From Treponemataceae bacterium (lineage in GTDB: Bacteria; Spirochaetota; Spirochaetia; Treponematales; Rectinemataceae), in assembly GCA_963678065.2 (NCBI GenBank), contig CAXXVZ010000003.1, positions 224,001 to 288,000 of the forward strand: a DNA stretch of 64,000 bases, given 5' to 3'. Below are positions 1 to 9,878 of the stretch, in pieces. The notes under the pieces were generated by a model. The model was not told the DNA's origin and did no database searches. It saw only the letters and a program-made list of their open reading frames with translations. Position 1 is the stretch's first letter. Each line of letters starts with the position of its first letter. Made by a program: the position numbers and the translations under genes.

Positions 1-348
1 TTCTACCTCGCGAAGGAGTGTTTTCCCCTCACCGAAGTCATCCGCCTCATCCACGCGGCGGGCGGGCTCGCCATCGCCGCCCATCCCCTCTCTCTCTTCG
101 TTTCCTGGGGACGCCTGCCTGGTATTCTGGACGAGTGGAAGGAGCTCGGAGTCGACGGCATCGAGGCCTACCATCCGACCGCAAAGCTCGGCCAATGCAG
201 GCGCCTGGACGCCCTCGGCAGGGCCCGGGGATTCCGGATAACGGCGGGCTCGGACTACCACGGCAACCGCAGGCCCGAGCGCCGCCTCGGCCACACCGCG
301 GGGAAACTGCCGATAGCGGACAGCTATCTCGACGAAATAGCCCGCTAG
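1..348 (+). CDS. PHP-domain metal-dependent phosphoesterase (TrpH/YciV-like), 3' part
   Basis: Frame 1 reads ...AAHP...GVDGIEAYHP...ITAGSDYHG...IAR* with PHP motifs; stop TAG at 346-348; start lies outside the window. Confidence 0.85.
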   Translation, partial: FYLAKECFPLTEVIRLIHAAGGLAIAAHPLSLFVSWGRLPGILDEWKELGVDGIEAYHPTAKLGQCRRLDALGRARGFRITAGSDYHGNRRPERRLGHTAGKLPIADSYLDEIAR

Positions 349-374
349 TTCCCCTCCATCACACCCTACACACC

Positions 375-1484
375 TTATTCCTCCTTGTCTGCGGAAGCTT
401 TTTCCTCTCCTTGTGTGTTGCCGTCGTAGCTGTCGAAGAGTTCCGCCGCCGAGAAGAAGAGGATCAGGATGAGAGGCCCGAGCACGAGGCCGTTGAAGCC
501 GAAAAAGCTCAGGCCGCCGAGGATCGAGAAGAAAATCAGAAGGGGGTGGATCTTGAGCCTGTCGCCGAGCAGAAGGGGTCTGATGAAGTTGTCCAGCGAA
601 GAGACCATGACGGCCGAGCAGACTGCGAAGGCCAGAGCCTTCGCCAGGTTGCCTCCGAGAGCGATGATGACGGCGAGGGGCATCCAGACCAGGGCAGTGC
701 CCGCCATCGGAATGAAGGAGGCCACCGCGGTCAGCGACGCGAGGACGAGGGTGTTCTTGATGCCGAATATCAGGCACACGATGAACATCATCACTGCCTG
801 GAAGAGCGAAACCAGGAAAAACCCGACGATGAGCTGCCTGCCGGATTCGCGCAGCTTCGCGAGGAACATCGTGGAGTAGGTGCGATCGATCGGGAGGGCT
901 CCCACGACGACTTTGGCGAGATGCTTGCCGTCGACCAGAAGAAAGTACAGGGTGAAGACCATGAAGGCCAGGGTCAGCCCCAGCCCGAGGAGGTTCTTGA
1001 TGAGGGTCCCCGAGAACCCGATGATCTTGCCCGAACTGGCCGAGAGGAAGTGCTTGACCTCCGTGATGAAGTTGACGGATGAGAGGTCGACGCCTCCCCC
1101 CGAAATCCGGTAGATGAAGCCACCTATCGGGCTCGCGGGCGAAAGGTCGAGAATTTCGGGCTTCGCCTCGATCGTCGCGAGGAAGTTTCTTGCGATATCT
1201 CCGACCTGCCGCACGAGGGAGATGCCGAGGAAGACCGTGGGCACGACGAGGATGGTGACTCCCGCCAGCGAGAGGATGCCGGCCCAGACAGAGCGGGAAA
1301 AGCCGCCGCGCGAGATCCCGTTTTTCCGCGTCGTGAGACGCTCGAAGAGGGGATCCATGAAGCCGTAGATGAGGCCGGACCAGAGGATGATCGTGAGGAA
1401 GGGATAGAAGAGTCTGGCCACCAAGAGGAAGAGGGCTATGAAAAAAATGAGAAAAATCTGTTTTCTGACCGTTCTGCCCGCCAT
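375..1484 (-). CDS. AI-2E family transporter
   Basis: Hydrophobic protein with SSLDNFIRPLLLG..IHPLLIFFSILGGL..FG..GLVLGP signature; ATG at 1484 (MAGRTVRKQIF) chosen within the longer 690-aa ORF. Confidence 0.88.
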   Translation of the reverse strand: MAGRTVRKQIFLIFFIALFLLVARLFYPFLTIILWSGLIYGFMDPLFERLTTRKNGISRGGFSRSVWAGILSLAGVTILVVPTVFLGISLVRQVGDIARNFLATIEAKPEILDLSPASPIGGFIYRISGGGVDLSSVNFITEVKHFLSASSGKIIGFSGTLIKNLLGLGLTLAFMVFTLYFLLVDGKHLAKVVVGALPIDRTYSTMFLAKLRESGRQLIVGFFLVSLFQAVMMFIVCLIFGIKNTLVLASLTAVASFIPMAGTALVWMPLAVIIALGGNLAKALAFAVCSAVMVSSLDNFIRPLLLGDRLKIHPLLIFFSILGGLSFFGFNGLVLGPLILILFFSAAELFDSYDGNTQGEEKASADKEE

Positions 1485-1598
1485 GCCTGCCCGCCTTTCA
1501 TCTGCGATATTTTTAGTATATCGCCAAAGCGCGTTCATCGCCAGCGCGTTTCCTTCCAGCTTGACCCCCGAAGGGCCCGGCCTCCATACTGGGTGGAT

Positions 1599-2279
1599 AT
1601 GGGAACACTTTTTCTTGTGGCTACCCCGATAGGCAATCTCGGCGATATAACCCTGCGGGCCCTCGAAACCCTCAAGGATGTCGACACGGTCGCCTGCGAG
1701 GACACGCGGCATACACTCAAACTGCTCACACACTTCGGAATCCGCAAGAGCCTCGTCTCCTGCCACGCCAACGACGAGGAGAGAGGGATCGTGCGCATTC
1801 TCGGAATGCTTGCCGAGGGCAAGAAGGTGGCCTTCTGCAGCGACGCCGGCACGCCTGGCATCTCGGACCCCGGAACGAGGCTCGCGTCCTCGGCCCGCGC
1901 CGCCGGCCATTTGGTCATTCCCATCCCCGGCGTGAGCGCCTTCGCCGCGCTCGTGAGCGCCGCCGGCGTCGGTGGCCGCTCCTACCTCTTCGATGGCTTC
2001 CCCTCCCCGAAGAGCGGCAAACGGAAGAGCCGCGTCGCCGAACTCATGGCGAGGGAGGAATCTTTCGTCATGTACGAGTCGCCGCACCGCCTCGCTCGCC
2101 TTCTCGCGGACATCGCCTCCGTCGATCCCACCCGCAGGATCTGTGTCGGCAGAGAGATGACCAAGATCCACGAAGAGTTCGTCTCGGGCAGCGCCGCCGA
2201 AGTCTCCGCGGTTTTTCAGGCGCAAGAAACCGTCCGCGGAGAATGTGCGGTACTTGTCGCCGGTCCTGAAGTGTCGTAG
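1599..2279 (+). CDS. rsmI: 16S rRNA (cytidine1402-2'-O)-methyltransferase
   Basis: LFLVATPIGNLGDITLRA, CEDTR, SDAGTPGISDPG, YESPHR, REMTKIHEE motifs. Confidence 0.95.
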   Translation: MGTLFLVATPIGNLGDITLRALETLKDVDTVACEDTRHTLKLLTHFGIRKSLVSCHANDEERGIVRILGMLAEGKKVAFCSDAGTPGISDPGTRLASSARAAGHLVIPIPGVSAFAALVSAAGVGGRSYLFDGFPSPKSGKRKSRVAELMAREESFVMYESPHRLARLLADIASVDPTRRICVGREMTKIHEEFVSGSAAEVSAVFQAQETVRGECAVLVAGPEVS

Positions 2280-2288
2280 AATAATTCC

Positions 2289-2576
2289 ATGATGATAGAC
2301 CGCCTTGGCTCGACGGGCTCTGTCCCGCACCTCGATTCCGCCGCACGGAATGTCTCGCGCGTGGCGGAGGCCAAGGGTGACTCCGTATCCATCTCGGACG
2401 AAGGCCTCAAGCGGGCAGAGTTCTTCAGGACGGCGGAAATAGTCCACGCGGAGGCGGACGTCAGGGCCGGCCGCGTCGCAGAAATCAGGGCGAAGCTCGC
2501 CGACCCCGCCTATCTCTCATCCATCGTTCTGGAAAAGACGGCGGACCGCATCATTGACCAACTCCTCGGCCGCTGA
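2289..2576 (+). CDS. flgM: anti-sigma-28 factor FlgM
   Basis: 95 aa with DSVSIS and DVRAGRVAEIRAKL...TADRII pattern; lies downstream of rsmI as in treponemes. Confidence 0.8.
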   Translation: MMIDRLGSTGSVPHLDSAARNVSRVAEAKGDSVSISDEGLKRAEFFRTAEIVHAEADVRAGRVAEIRAKLADPAYLSSIVLEKTADRIIDQLLGR

Positions 2577-2639
2577 ACTCGGCTTTCCATCGACATTTCC
2601 GGCTCGAGCCCGATTTAAACCCTTCCGCGGTACCACGCC

Positions 2640-3458
2640 ATGATTCCCCTCCAGAAGCTTCTCCGCCTCCCCGGCCGGGCCCGCCTCAGAAAGGCGGCCC
2701 TCGTCCTCACCGAGATCCAGAGCGGACTCATGGCGGGACGATACGGAGAGCCTGAGTTCGATTACGCCAGGAAGCTCGCCGCCGCCCTCGCTGCCGATCC
2801 CGTCACTCCTGAAGCCACCACCCGAGCCTGCCTCGTCTTGCTGGCGGACGGGCAGTCCGGAGGGATATCCGCCGACAGGCGCTCCGGCGACCAACCCGGG
2901 CTCCGGGGTCTGGACTGCCTCCGCCATGCTCTCATGTCCGACACCGGCCAAAGCCCGGCCGACTGGGACCTCATCGATCCGGCCATGGGGAGGCTCTCCG
3001 CGCCACGCGGCAGCTCTCTGCCCGGCATGAAGGTCTACTGCGAGGACATCCGCTCGCCCTTCAATCTCGGTTCCATCTTTCGCACCGCCGATGCCTTCGG
3101 CGCCGGGGAACTCATTCTCTCGCCCGGCTGCGCCGACCCGGCCCACTCCCGCTGCGCACGCTCCGCGATGGGGGCGACTGGTGCCATTCCCCACAGCAGA
3201 GCCGCCCTTGAGACCCTGGTGGCCAACGGACCCGCCTTCGCCCTCGAGCTCGGCGGCACCGATATCGCGGATTTCGAATTTCCTCGGGCGGGCATCGTCG
3301 TCCTCGGCTCGGAGGAACTCGGCGTCTCGCCCGAAGCTCTCAGACTCTGCGGTCTCGGAAGGGTCTCGATCCCCATGATTGGCGCCAAAGGTTCACTCAA
3401 CGTCGCCGTCGCCTTCGGCATCCTCCTTCACGCCTGGCGCTCATCCCTCGGATTCTAG
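2640..3458 (+). CDS. TrmH/SpoU family RNA methyltransferase
   Basis: EDIRSPFNLGSIFRTADAFG, VLGSEELG, IPMIGAKGSLNVAVA SPOUT motifs. Confidence 0.9.
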   Translation: MIPLQKLLRLPGRARLRKAALVLTEIQSGLMAGRYGEPEFDYARKLAAALAADPVTPEATTRACLVLLADGQSGGISADRRSGDQPGLRGLDCLRHALMSDTGQSPADWDLIDPAMGRLSAPRGSSLPGMKVYCEDIRSPFNLGSIFRTADAFGAGELILSPGCADPAHSRCARSAMGATGAIPHSRAALETLVANGPAFALELGGTDIADFEFPRAGIVVLGSEELGVSPEALRLCGLGRVSIPMIGAKGSLNVAVAFGILLHAWRSSLGF

Positions 3459-3533
3459 TTCCGCGCGGGAGGGACTTGAGATCCCCAAGCAGATTATTTC
3501 CAATCAAAAATGCCCGATCCTGACAATTCCCGT

Positions 3534-3562
3534 TTGACGGGAATGGCGAGACCGTGTAAAAT
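3534..3562 (+). promoter_or_regulatory. sigma70-type promoter for the ABC ATPase
   Basis: TTGACG-17 nt-TAAAAT, followed by a GGAGG RBS before ATG 3597. Confidence 0.7.
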
Positions 3563-3596
3563 CTGAAAACTAACATAACTCTCCATTGGAGGAATC

Positions 3597-4715
<1,119 letters not shown>

Positions 4716-4757
4716 GACGGAACAGGGCGGCGGAGAGCGATCCGCCTGAGCATCCAC

Positions 4758-4793
4758 GACAGGGCACTCCGGAAGGGGTGCCCTGTCCGTTTC
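4758..4793 (+). terminator. hairpin / probable terminator after the ABC ATPase
   Basis: GACAGGGCACTCC-GGAA-GGGGTGCCCTGTC followed by a short T run. Confidence 0.55.
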
Positions 4794-4847
4794 CCGCGAC
4801 CACTCTTGCAGATGGCCACGGTTGTTGCACAGCCGTACGCGGCAAAA

Positions 4848-4879
4848 CAAAGAAAAGGCCCGCCCCTTCGGGCAGGCCT
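4848..4879 (-). terminator. rho-independent terminator for the small minus-strand ORF
   Basis: Minus strand AGGCCTGCCCGAAGGGGCGGGCCT followed by TTTCTTT. Confidence 0.6.
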
Positions 4880-4947
4880 CGTATAATGACGCTGGGGAAA
4901 GACCCTGCGGACCGGTGCCGGAGGCTGGATGCCCCCCGGGTCCGGTT

Positions 4948-5064
4948 TTACTCCACGGAAGAACTCTTCGAATCCTTCTTCGACTTCTTTTCCGCTCTTT
5001 TTTCCTTCAGCGTCTTCTGCGGCTTCTTTTTTTCAGAAGTCTTCGGTTTGTCCTGCGATTTCAT
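4948..5064 (-). CDS. 38-aa lysine-rich small protein (not in ORF track)
   Basis: MKSQDKPKTSEKKKPQKTLKEKRAEKKSKKDSKSSSVE*; AAGGAGGTG RBS immediately upstream, TTGCAA-16-TACACT promoter, downstream terminator. Confidence 0.8.
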   Translation of the reverse strand: MKSQDKPKTSEKKKPQKTLKEKRAEKKSKKDSKSSSVE

Positions 5065-5191
5065 GAAGCACCTCCTTCTGGGGTTCCGGAGAGTCCGGAG
5101 CCATGAGTTAACCTAAGTGTATCCCGCCACGGGGACTTTGCAAAGCGTCTGCGCAATAAAAAGAAGGCGGGCAGCGCTCAATCCATTCCGC

Positions 5192-6553
5192 TCAGGATCC
5201 GGACCCATTTTTCTGCGCGGCCGCCTCGCCGCCCGTCACTCTGCCCATCACGAACCAGGCTGCTACCATGCACAGCGAACAAAAGAGGAAGATGCCCCGG
5301 TAGCCGGTCAGGTCGATGATGCTGCCCGTGATGATCGGCGCGAGAATGGCCGCGAGCTGGCTCGCGGTGTAATACAGCCCCGTGTACACACCCATCGTCC
5401 CCCAGCTCGCCATCTGCCAGAGCATGGGGAAGGAGTTCGTGACCACAGAGACCCAGAATACGCCGAAGAGGAACATGATGCCCCAGAAGCTGAAAAGCCT
5501 GAGGGATGATCCGAGTCCGCTGGTGACGGGATCGTGGAGGAAGAGACAGAAAGTCAGGATCGCGATGGCGACGAGCGAGACACGGATGGTTCTCTTGCGC
5601 CCGAAACGGTGCGCGAAGTAGCCCGAAGGTATGGCGAAGAGGGCGTAGGCGATGCCGACCATTCCCGCCGCCAGGGCCGCCGTCCCGCTCGAGGTTCCGA
5701 GCACGTCGATGCTGTACTTCCCGATGAAAGGCAGAACGCCCTGGTAGCCGAGGAACCACAGGAAGAGGGAAATGAGGATGAAGAGGGCGCTCTTGTCCTT
5801 CGATGTCGCGACAGCTTTGAAGGATGCGAAAATGGGGACTTTCTTTTCGGAATCCGGACTCTCGGCAGAAACGGCGCTGTCAGCATTTTTCCCGGCCCCG
5901 CCGGTCGACCTGGCTCCCCCGGAGATTCCGCGCTTCTCCTTCACGAAGAGGAAGAGGAGGATGACGGCGAAGATGACGAAGAGTCCCGCGAGCGGGAAGG
6001 GCAGGCGGTCTTTCGTGCTCCCGAGGATGGGCAGGACTGTGTCGACATCCATGAGCCGCGCCAGCCCGATCGTCCCGACAATGCTCGCGATGCCGCCCAT
6101 CGTGTTGATGACGCCGTTCGCCTCCGAGCGGTATTCGCCCGGAATGATGTCCGGCATGAGTGCGACGACGGGGCCGCGCGCGGACTGTTTCACGAGGTTC
6201 AGCGCGAAGATCATGGCGACGAGGGCAAGGAGGGAGACCCCGGCCGCGTAGGGCAGAAGCCCGAAGAAGAGAGCCGTTATCGGTAACAGCACGAGGATGA
6301 AGGGCATGCGTCTGCCGATCCTCGTCGAGGCCTTGTCCGATAAAACCGAGACTAAGGGGATGAGAAAGAGCGCGAAGATGTTGTCCAGGGTCATGAGGAA
6401 TCCGACCACGCTCATCTTCGACACGTACTTCCCGAGGAAAATCGGCGTGTAGGTGTCGTAGAGCGGGTCCATGAGACCCATGGTGAAGAAGCCGAAACCG
6501 ATGAGGAAGGTGATCCCCATCCAGGGCCCGAAACCTTTTTTCGCTGATGCCAT
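5192..6553 (-). CDS. MFS sugar transporter (SLC45/maltose-permease-like)
   Basis: About 12 hydrophobic segments, SDKASTRIGRRMPF, PVVALMPDI, ANGVIN motifs; AAGGAG RBS before ATG 6553. Confidence 0.88.
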   Translation of the reverse strand: MASAKKGFGPWMGITFLIGFGFFTMGLMDPLYDTYTPIFLGKYVSKMSVVGFLMTLDNIFALFLIPLVSVLSDKASTRIGRRMPFILVLLPITALFFGLLPYAAGVSLLALVAMIFALNLVKQSARGPVVALMPDIIPGEYRSEANGVINTMGGIASIVGTIGLARLMDVDTVLPILGSTKDRLPFPLAGLFVIFAVILLFLFVKEKRGISGGARSTGGAGKNADSAVSAESPDSEKKVPIFASFKAVATSKDKSALFILISLFLWFLGYQGVLPFIGKYSIDVLGTSSGTAALAAGMVGIAYALFAIPSGYFAHRFGRKRTIRVSLVAIAILTFCLFLHDPVTSGLGSSLRLFSFWGIMFLFGVFWVSVVTNSFPMLWQMASWGTMGVYTGLYYTASQLAAILAPIITGSIIDLTGYRGIFLFCSLCMVAAWFVMGRVTGGEAAAQKNGSGS

Positions 6554-6637
6554 GATCACTCCTTGTGCCTATCCCTTAAGCGGATTCGCGCGTCAGGGCA
6601 GCTGCGGGCTGGTCCGAACCGCGCGTCGGAACACCCT

Positions 6638-7969
6638 TCAGAACACCCGTATCGCTCCCGGCGCGCGCACCGCGATGGGGATCACCCGCCCCGGGCCGAA
6701 GCAGGATTCGAGAAGTCCCGTGTAGTCTCCCATGAGGGCGAGAGGTACATATGCCTGTATCGTGCCCGCGAAGCCTCCGCCGTGGACGCGGCTGACCACG
6801 GTCCGGCCGGCGGAGTCAGACCCGAGACTCTCGGAGAGAGCGAGTCCCACGCAGGGCCCCTGCTCCCGCGGCGAATGGGGCGCGCTCAGGTTCTGCAAGA
6901 ACCGCCAGGACGAGTCCCCCGAGGCGCGCACGAGGGCGAAATACTCGTCGAGCCTGCCCGATTTCAGCGCCTCCGTCATAAGAGGAACCCTCGCGTTTTC
7001 CCGCGCGAAATGAAATGCCCTGAGGAATGCCCTGTCCCCCGCGGCGGCCCGTATCGCCTGAGCCGACGAGAGGATGAGTCCGGGATCGACATCGCGGAGG
7101 AAACCAGCATCGAAGACTGCCGCGGCCGCCTTCATGTCGGCGGGGATCGAGGCGTAATCCGCCGTCAGGTCGGCGTGGCTCCCGCCCGTGTCCACAACGA
7201 CGAGGGCATAGCCCTTCCGCTCAAAGTCGTACTCGATCTTCTCGACGACGGGACTGGACGGATCCGCGAAATCGATCTGCGCGATTCCGCCGACAGCGCT
7301 CGCCGTCTGGTCCATGAGGCCGCTTGGTTTCCCGAAATAGACATTTTCGGCATACTGCCCGATCTTCGCGATGTCGACCGGACTGACCTTCACCCCCGCG
7401 AGATCGGCCATGATGGTGCCGAAGAGGACCTCGATCGCCGCCGAACTCGACAGGCCCGAGCCCTGGAGAACCTCGGACTGGATCACTGCGTCGAAGCCGC
7501 ACAAGCCGGCTCCCGTGCGCGAAAGATGGCGCTCCGAGAGTCCGCGCGCGACGCCGCGCGCCAGAGCCTGTGTGGTGCCGGCCTCCTCGGGCCTCGCTTC
7601 GAGCGAGCGCAGGTCGATTTCGATGGGGCGGGCATAGCCCTTCGAGACGATGTGCACGATCGGGTCTTTCCGCGGCGCGACAGCGGCGACGGCGTCGAGC
7701 CTGACTGCCGCACAGAGTACCCTTCCATGGTTGTGATCCGTATGGTTCCCGCCGAGCTCGGTCCGGCCGGGCGCCGAATAGAAGCGGAAGCCTGGATTGC
7801 GGCCGCCTGCCGGAAGGCTGACCGCGAGATCCTCCACGAGCCGTCTGTAGCGTTCCAGAGCCGGAGCGACCCCTCTCTCTCCGTACATCGCCGCGAGAGT
7901 CCTCAAAAGCTCGGGATTTTTGCCGTCCGGTCCGAAATCAGCCCGGTTGTCCATGTCCAGCGTTTCCAT
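6638..7969 (-). CDS. galK: galactokinase
   Basis: SAPGRTELGGNHTDHNHG, GSGLSSSAA, GKPSGLMDQ, RVHGGGFAG GHMP motifs. Confidence 0.9.
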   Translation of the reverse strand: METLDMDNRADFGPDGKNPELLRTLAAMYGERGVAPALERYRRLVEDLAVSLPAGGRNPGFRFYSAPGRTELGGNHTDHNHGRVLCAAVRLDAVAAVAPRKDPIVHIVSKGYARPIEIDLRSLEARPEEAGTTQALARGVARGLSERHLSRTGAGLCGFDAVIQSEVLQGSGLSSSAAIEVLFGTIMADLAGVKVSPVDIAKIGQYAENVYFGKPSGLMDQTASAVGGIAQIDFADPSSPVVEKIEYDFERKGYALVVVDTGGSHADLTADYASIPADMKAAAAVFDAGFLRDVDPGLILSSAQAIRAAAGDRAFLRAFHFARENARVPLMTEALKSGRLDEYFALVRASGDSSWRFLQNLSAPHSPREQGPCVGLALSESLGSDSAGRTVVSRVHGGGFAGTIQAYVPLALMGDYTGLLESCFGPGRVIPIAVRAPGAIRVF

Positions 7970-8201
7970 CCGATTCCATCCACCTTGAGGTCCGGTCTGA
8001 AGACCGCGGAGTAGGCGCGAAAGACGGATTCTCGCTGGAACCCGGCGCCGAAATCGAGTTTACCCGAATACGGAAGGCAAGAAAAGGGAATACCATCGAA
8101 GATCGGCAATTCGAGGACGGAAGCGGCGTGCGGCCGCGAAAGGCTCAAAGGTCGCCACGCCGCCATCCGGGACGGAGCTCTTCGTCTCTCGCCCCGATAC
8201 G

Positions 8202-8717
8202 CTAGGGTTTCACGCTCGCCACGGTCCTGAACGCGAGCTCCACATAGTGCCTCGCGCGCTCCGCTATCGAGTCGACCTCCTCGTCTGTCAGCGGGCGTGC
8301 GGCTTTTGCGGGGCTGCCGATGATGAGGCTGCGGGGCGGAAAACTCTTGCCTCCGGTGACGAGCGCTCCGGCGCCCACGATCGATTCCTTCCCGATCACC
8401 GCCCCGTCGAGCACGATGGCGCCCATGCCGATGAGGCACCTGTCCCCGATCGTGCAGGCGTGCACGATGGCGCCATGCCCCACGGTGATATCTTTTCCGA
8501 GAAAGCAGGGCATGCCATCCGACACATGGAGCACAGCCCCATCCTGGATGTTCGACCTGTCCCCGATCCGGATCGCCGCGACATCGCCCCGGAGCGTCGC
8601 GTTGTACCAGACCGAGACATCCTGACCGAGTTCGACATCGCCCGAAATGTCAGAGTTCCACGCGATGAATGAGGCATCCCGCACAATGGGTTCCCGCCCC
8701 TCGAATCCATGCACCAT
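8202..8717 (-). CDS. gamma carbonic anhydrase family protein
   Basis: LRGD, SNIQDGAVLH, TVGHGAIVHAC hexapeptide motifs; GGGAGG RBS. Confidence 0.92.
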   Translation of the reverse strand: MVHGFEGREPIVRDASFIAWNSDISGDVELGQDVSVWYNATLRGDVAAIRIGDRSNIQDGAVLHVSDGMPCFLGKDITVGHGAIVHACTIGDRCLIGMGAIVLDGAVIGKESIVGAGALVTGGKSFPPRSLIIGSPAKAARPLTDEEVDSIAERARHYVELAFRTVASVKP

Positions 8718-8793
8718 ACCGGCCTCCCGATCCCCCCCGCCCGGCTTTCCGGGCAAGAGGGGCTCTCCCGCTCCGCCTGCAAGCTTTGGGCAT

Positions 8794-8820
8794 AAAAAAG
8801 CCACCCCAGTGTGGGGTGGC
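8794..8820 (-). terminator. rho-independent terminator after the FMN-binding protein gene
   Basis: GCCACCCCA-CAC-TGGGGTGGC followed by TTTTTT on the minus strand. Confidence 0.8.
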
Positions 8821-8867
8821 CGGTATCGGGCGGTCAATGGCCTTTTCAGCGGACCCGCATAAGGTAT

Positions 8868-9695
8868 TTAGCGGGCGGCTTTGAGCGCCTCAGCGGCGAG
8901 ACTCACCACCGTGAGGTGGATCGAGGCGCCGGAAACCGCGTCGGAGGTTCCGTCGGCTTTCATGGCGATCTTCGCAGGATCGCCGGCCTTGACGATAGCA
9001 TCCTCGACAGCCGCGGCCTGGACATTCCACTCGCCTTTCTTCGCAGCCTTGGCCATGCCGTACTTGCCGGTTTCGGCTTCGATGAGCTTGGACTTCTTGG
9101 TGTTGTCCTTATAGGTGCCGTTCCAGAGAACGTCGACGATGGTTCCGTTCACGACGACGACGACGGCTGAGTCCTTCCAGCCGGAGTTCTTGTCGAAAGA
9201 GGACTGCTCGGCGTAGAAGTAGCCGTCTTTCTTGAAGGCGCCCTTCGAAATGGGCGCGGAGGCGAGGGCCTTGCTCACGAGCTCGATGAAGCCCTTGGTG
9301 GTCATGGAAGCGCCGGAGATGGCGTCGGTCTTTCCGTCTTTGTCGAACTTGGCGAGGGAGAGATCCTGGCTCTTCACGAGCCATGACTCGGCGGCGGCGG
9401 CCTGCTGATCCCACTCGGTTCCGAGCTTGGAAGCCTTCTTCATGCCATACTTGCCGGCGGCGGCCCAGGACTTTTTGTCCGTGACGCCGGGAAGATTGCC
9501 GAGGCCGTTCCACGACACGGCGGTGATCTTCCCGCCAGCCACGGTCAGGGTGACCTGATCCTTCCAGCCTGACTTGCTGAAGCCGGACTCGGAAGCGAAG
9601 TAGACGCCGTCCTTCACCTTGGAAAGATCGACCTGCGCAAAAGCGAAGCCCGCCGAGAAGGCAAGCAGAAGGGCAACTGCGAGAATCTTTTTCAT
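8868..9695 (-). CDS. secreted protein with two FMN-binding (flavinylation) domains
   Basis: Signal peptide MKKILAVALLLAFSAGFAFA; two repeated KDG.Y domains ending DAISGAS and DAVSGAS. Confidence 0.82.
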   Translation of the reverse strand: MKKILAVALLLAFSAGFAFAQVDLSKVKDGVYFASESGFSKSGWKDQVTLTVAGGKITAVSWNGLGNLPGVTDKKSWAAAGKYGMKKASKLGTEWDQQAAAAESWLVKSQDLSLAKFDKDGKTDAISGASMTTKGFIELVSKALASAPISKGAFKKDGYFYAEQSSFDKNSGWKDSAVVVVVNGTIVDVLWNGTYKDNTKKSKLIEAETGKYGMAKAAKKGEWNVQAAAVEDAIVKAGDPAKIAMKADGTSDAVSGASIHLTVVSLAAEALKAAR

Positions 9696-9830
9696 GATAT
9701 CCTCCGTGAGATGATACTGAATATATGAGTATAAAATCATTGAATCAATATATTGTCAATGAATCATAAATGAGTCACACCAGCGTTCGAAGCGCCGTCT
9801 CGTTTCAATCGTCGATTATGACGAAGCCGC

Positions 9831-9859
9831 TTGACAGTCCGCGGCACCGACTATAGGGT
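9831..9859 (+). promoter_or_regulatory. sigma70-type promoter for the aminotransferase
   Basis: TTGACA-17 nt-TAGGGT. Confidence 0.5.
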
Positions 9860-9878
9860 TTTGCCGGGGGTACGCAGG

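Noticed and set aside
375..2447. 690-aa ORF as a single AI-2E fusion protein
   Set aside because: The N-terminal 320 aa is the antisense shadow of rsmI/flgM; the transporter begins at 1484
9739..9760. AT-rich imperfect palindrome (CAATATATTG core) upstream of the FMN-binding gene as a Rex or FMN-riboswitch element
   Set aside because: Does not match the Rex box or RFN structure; may be promoter or operator sequence but cannot be assigned
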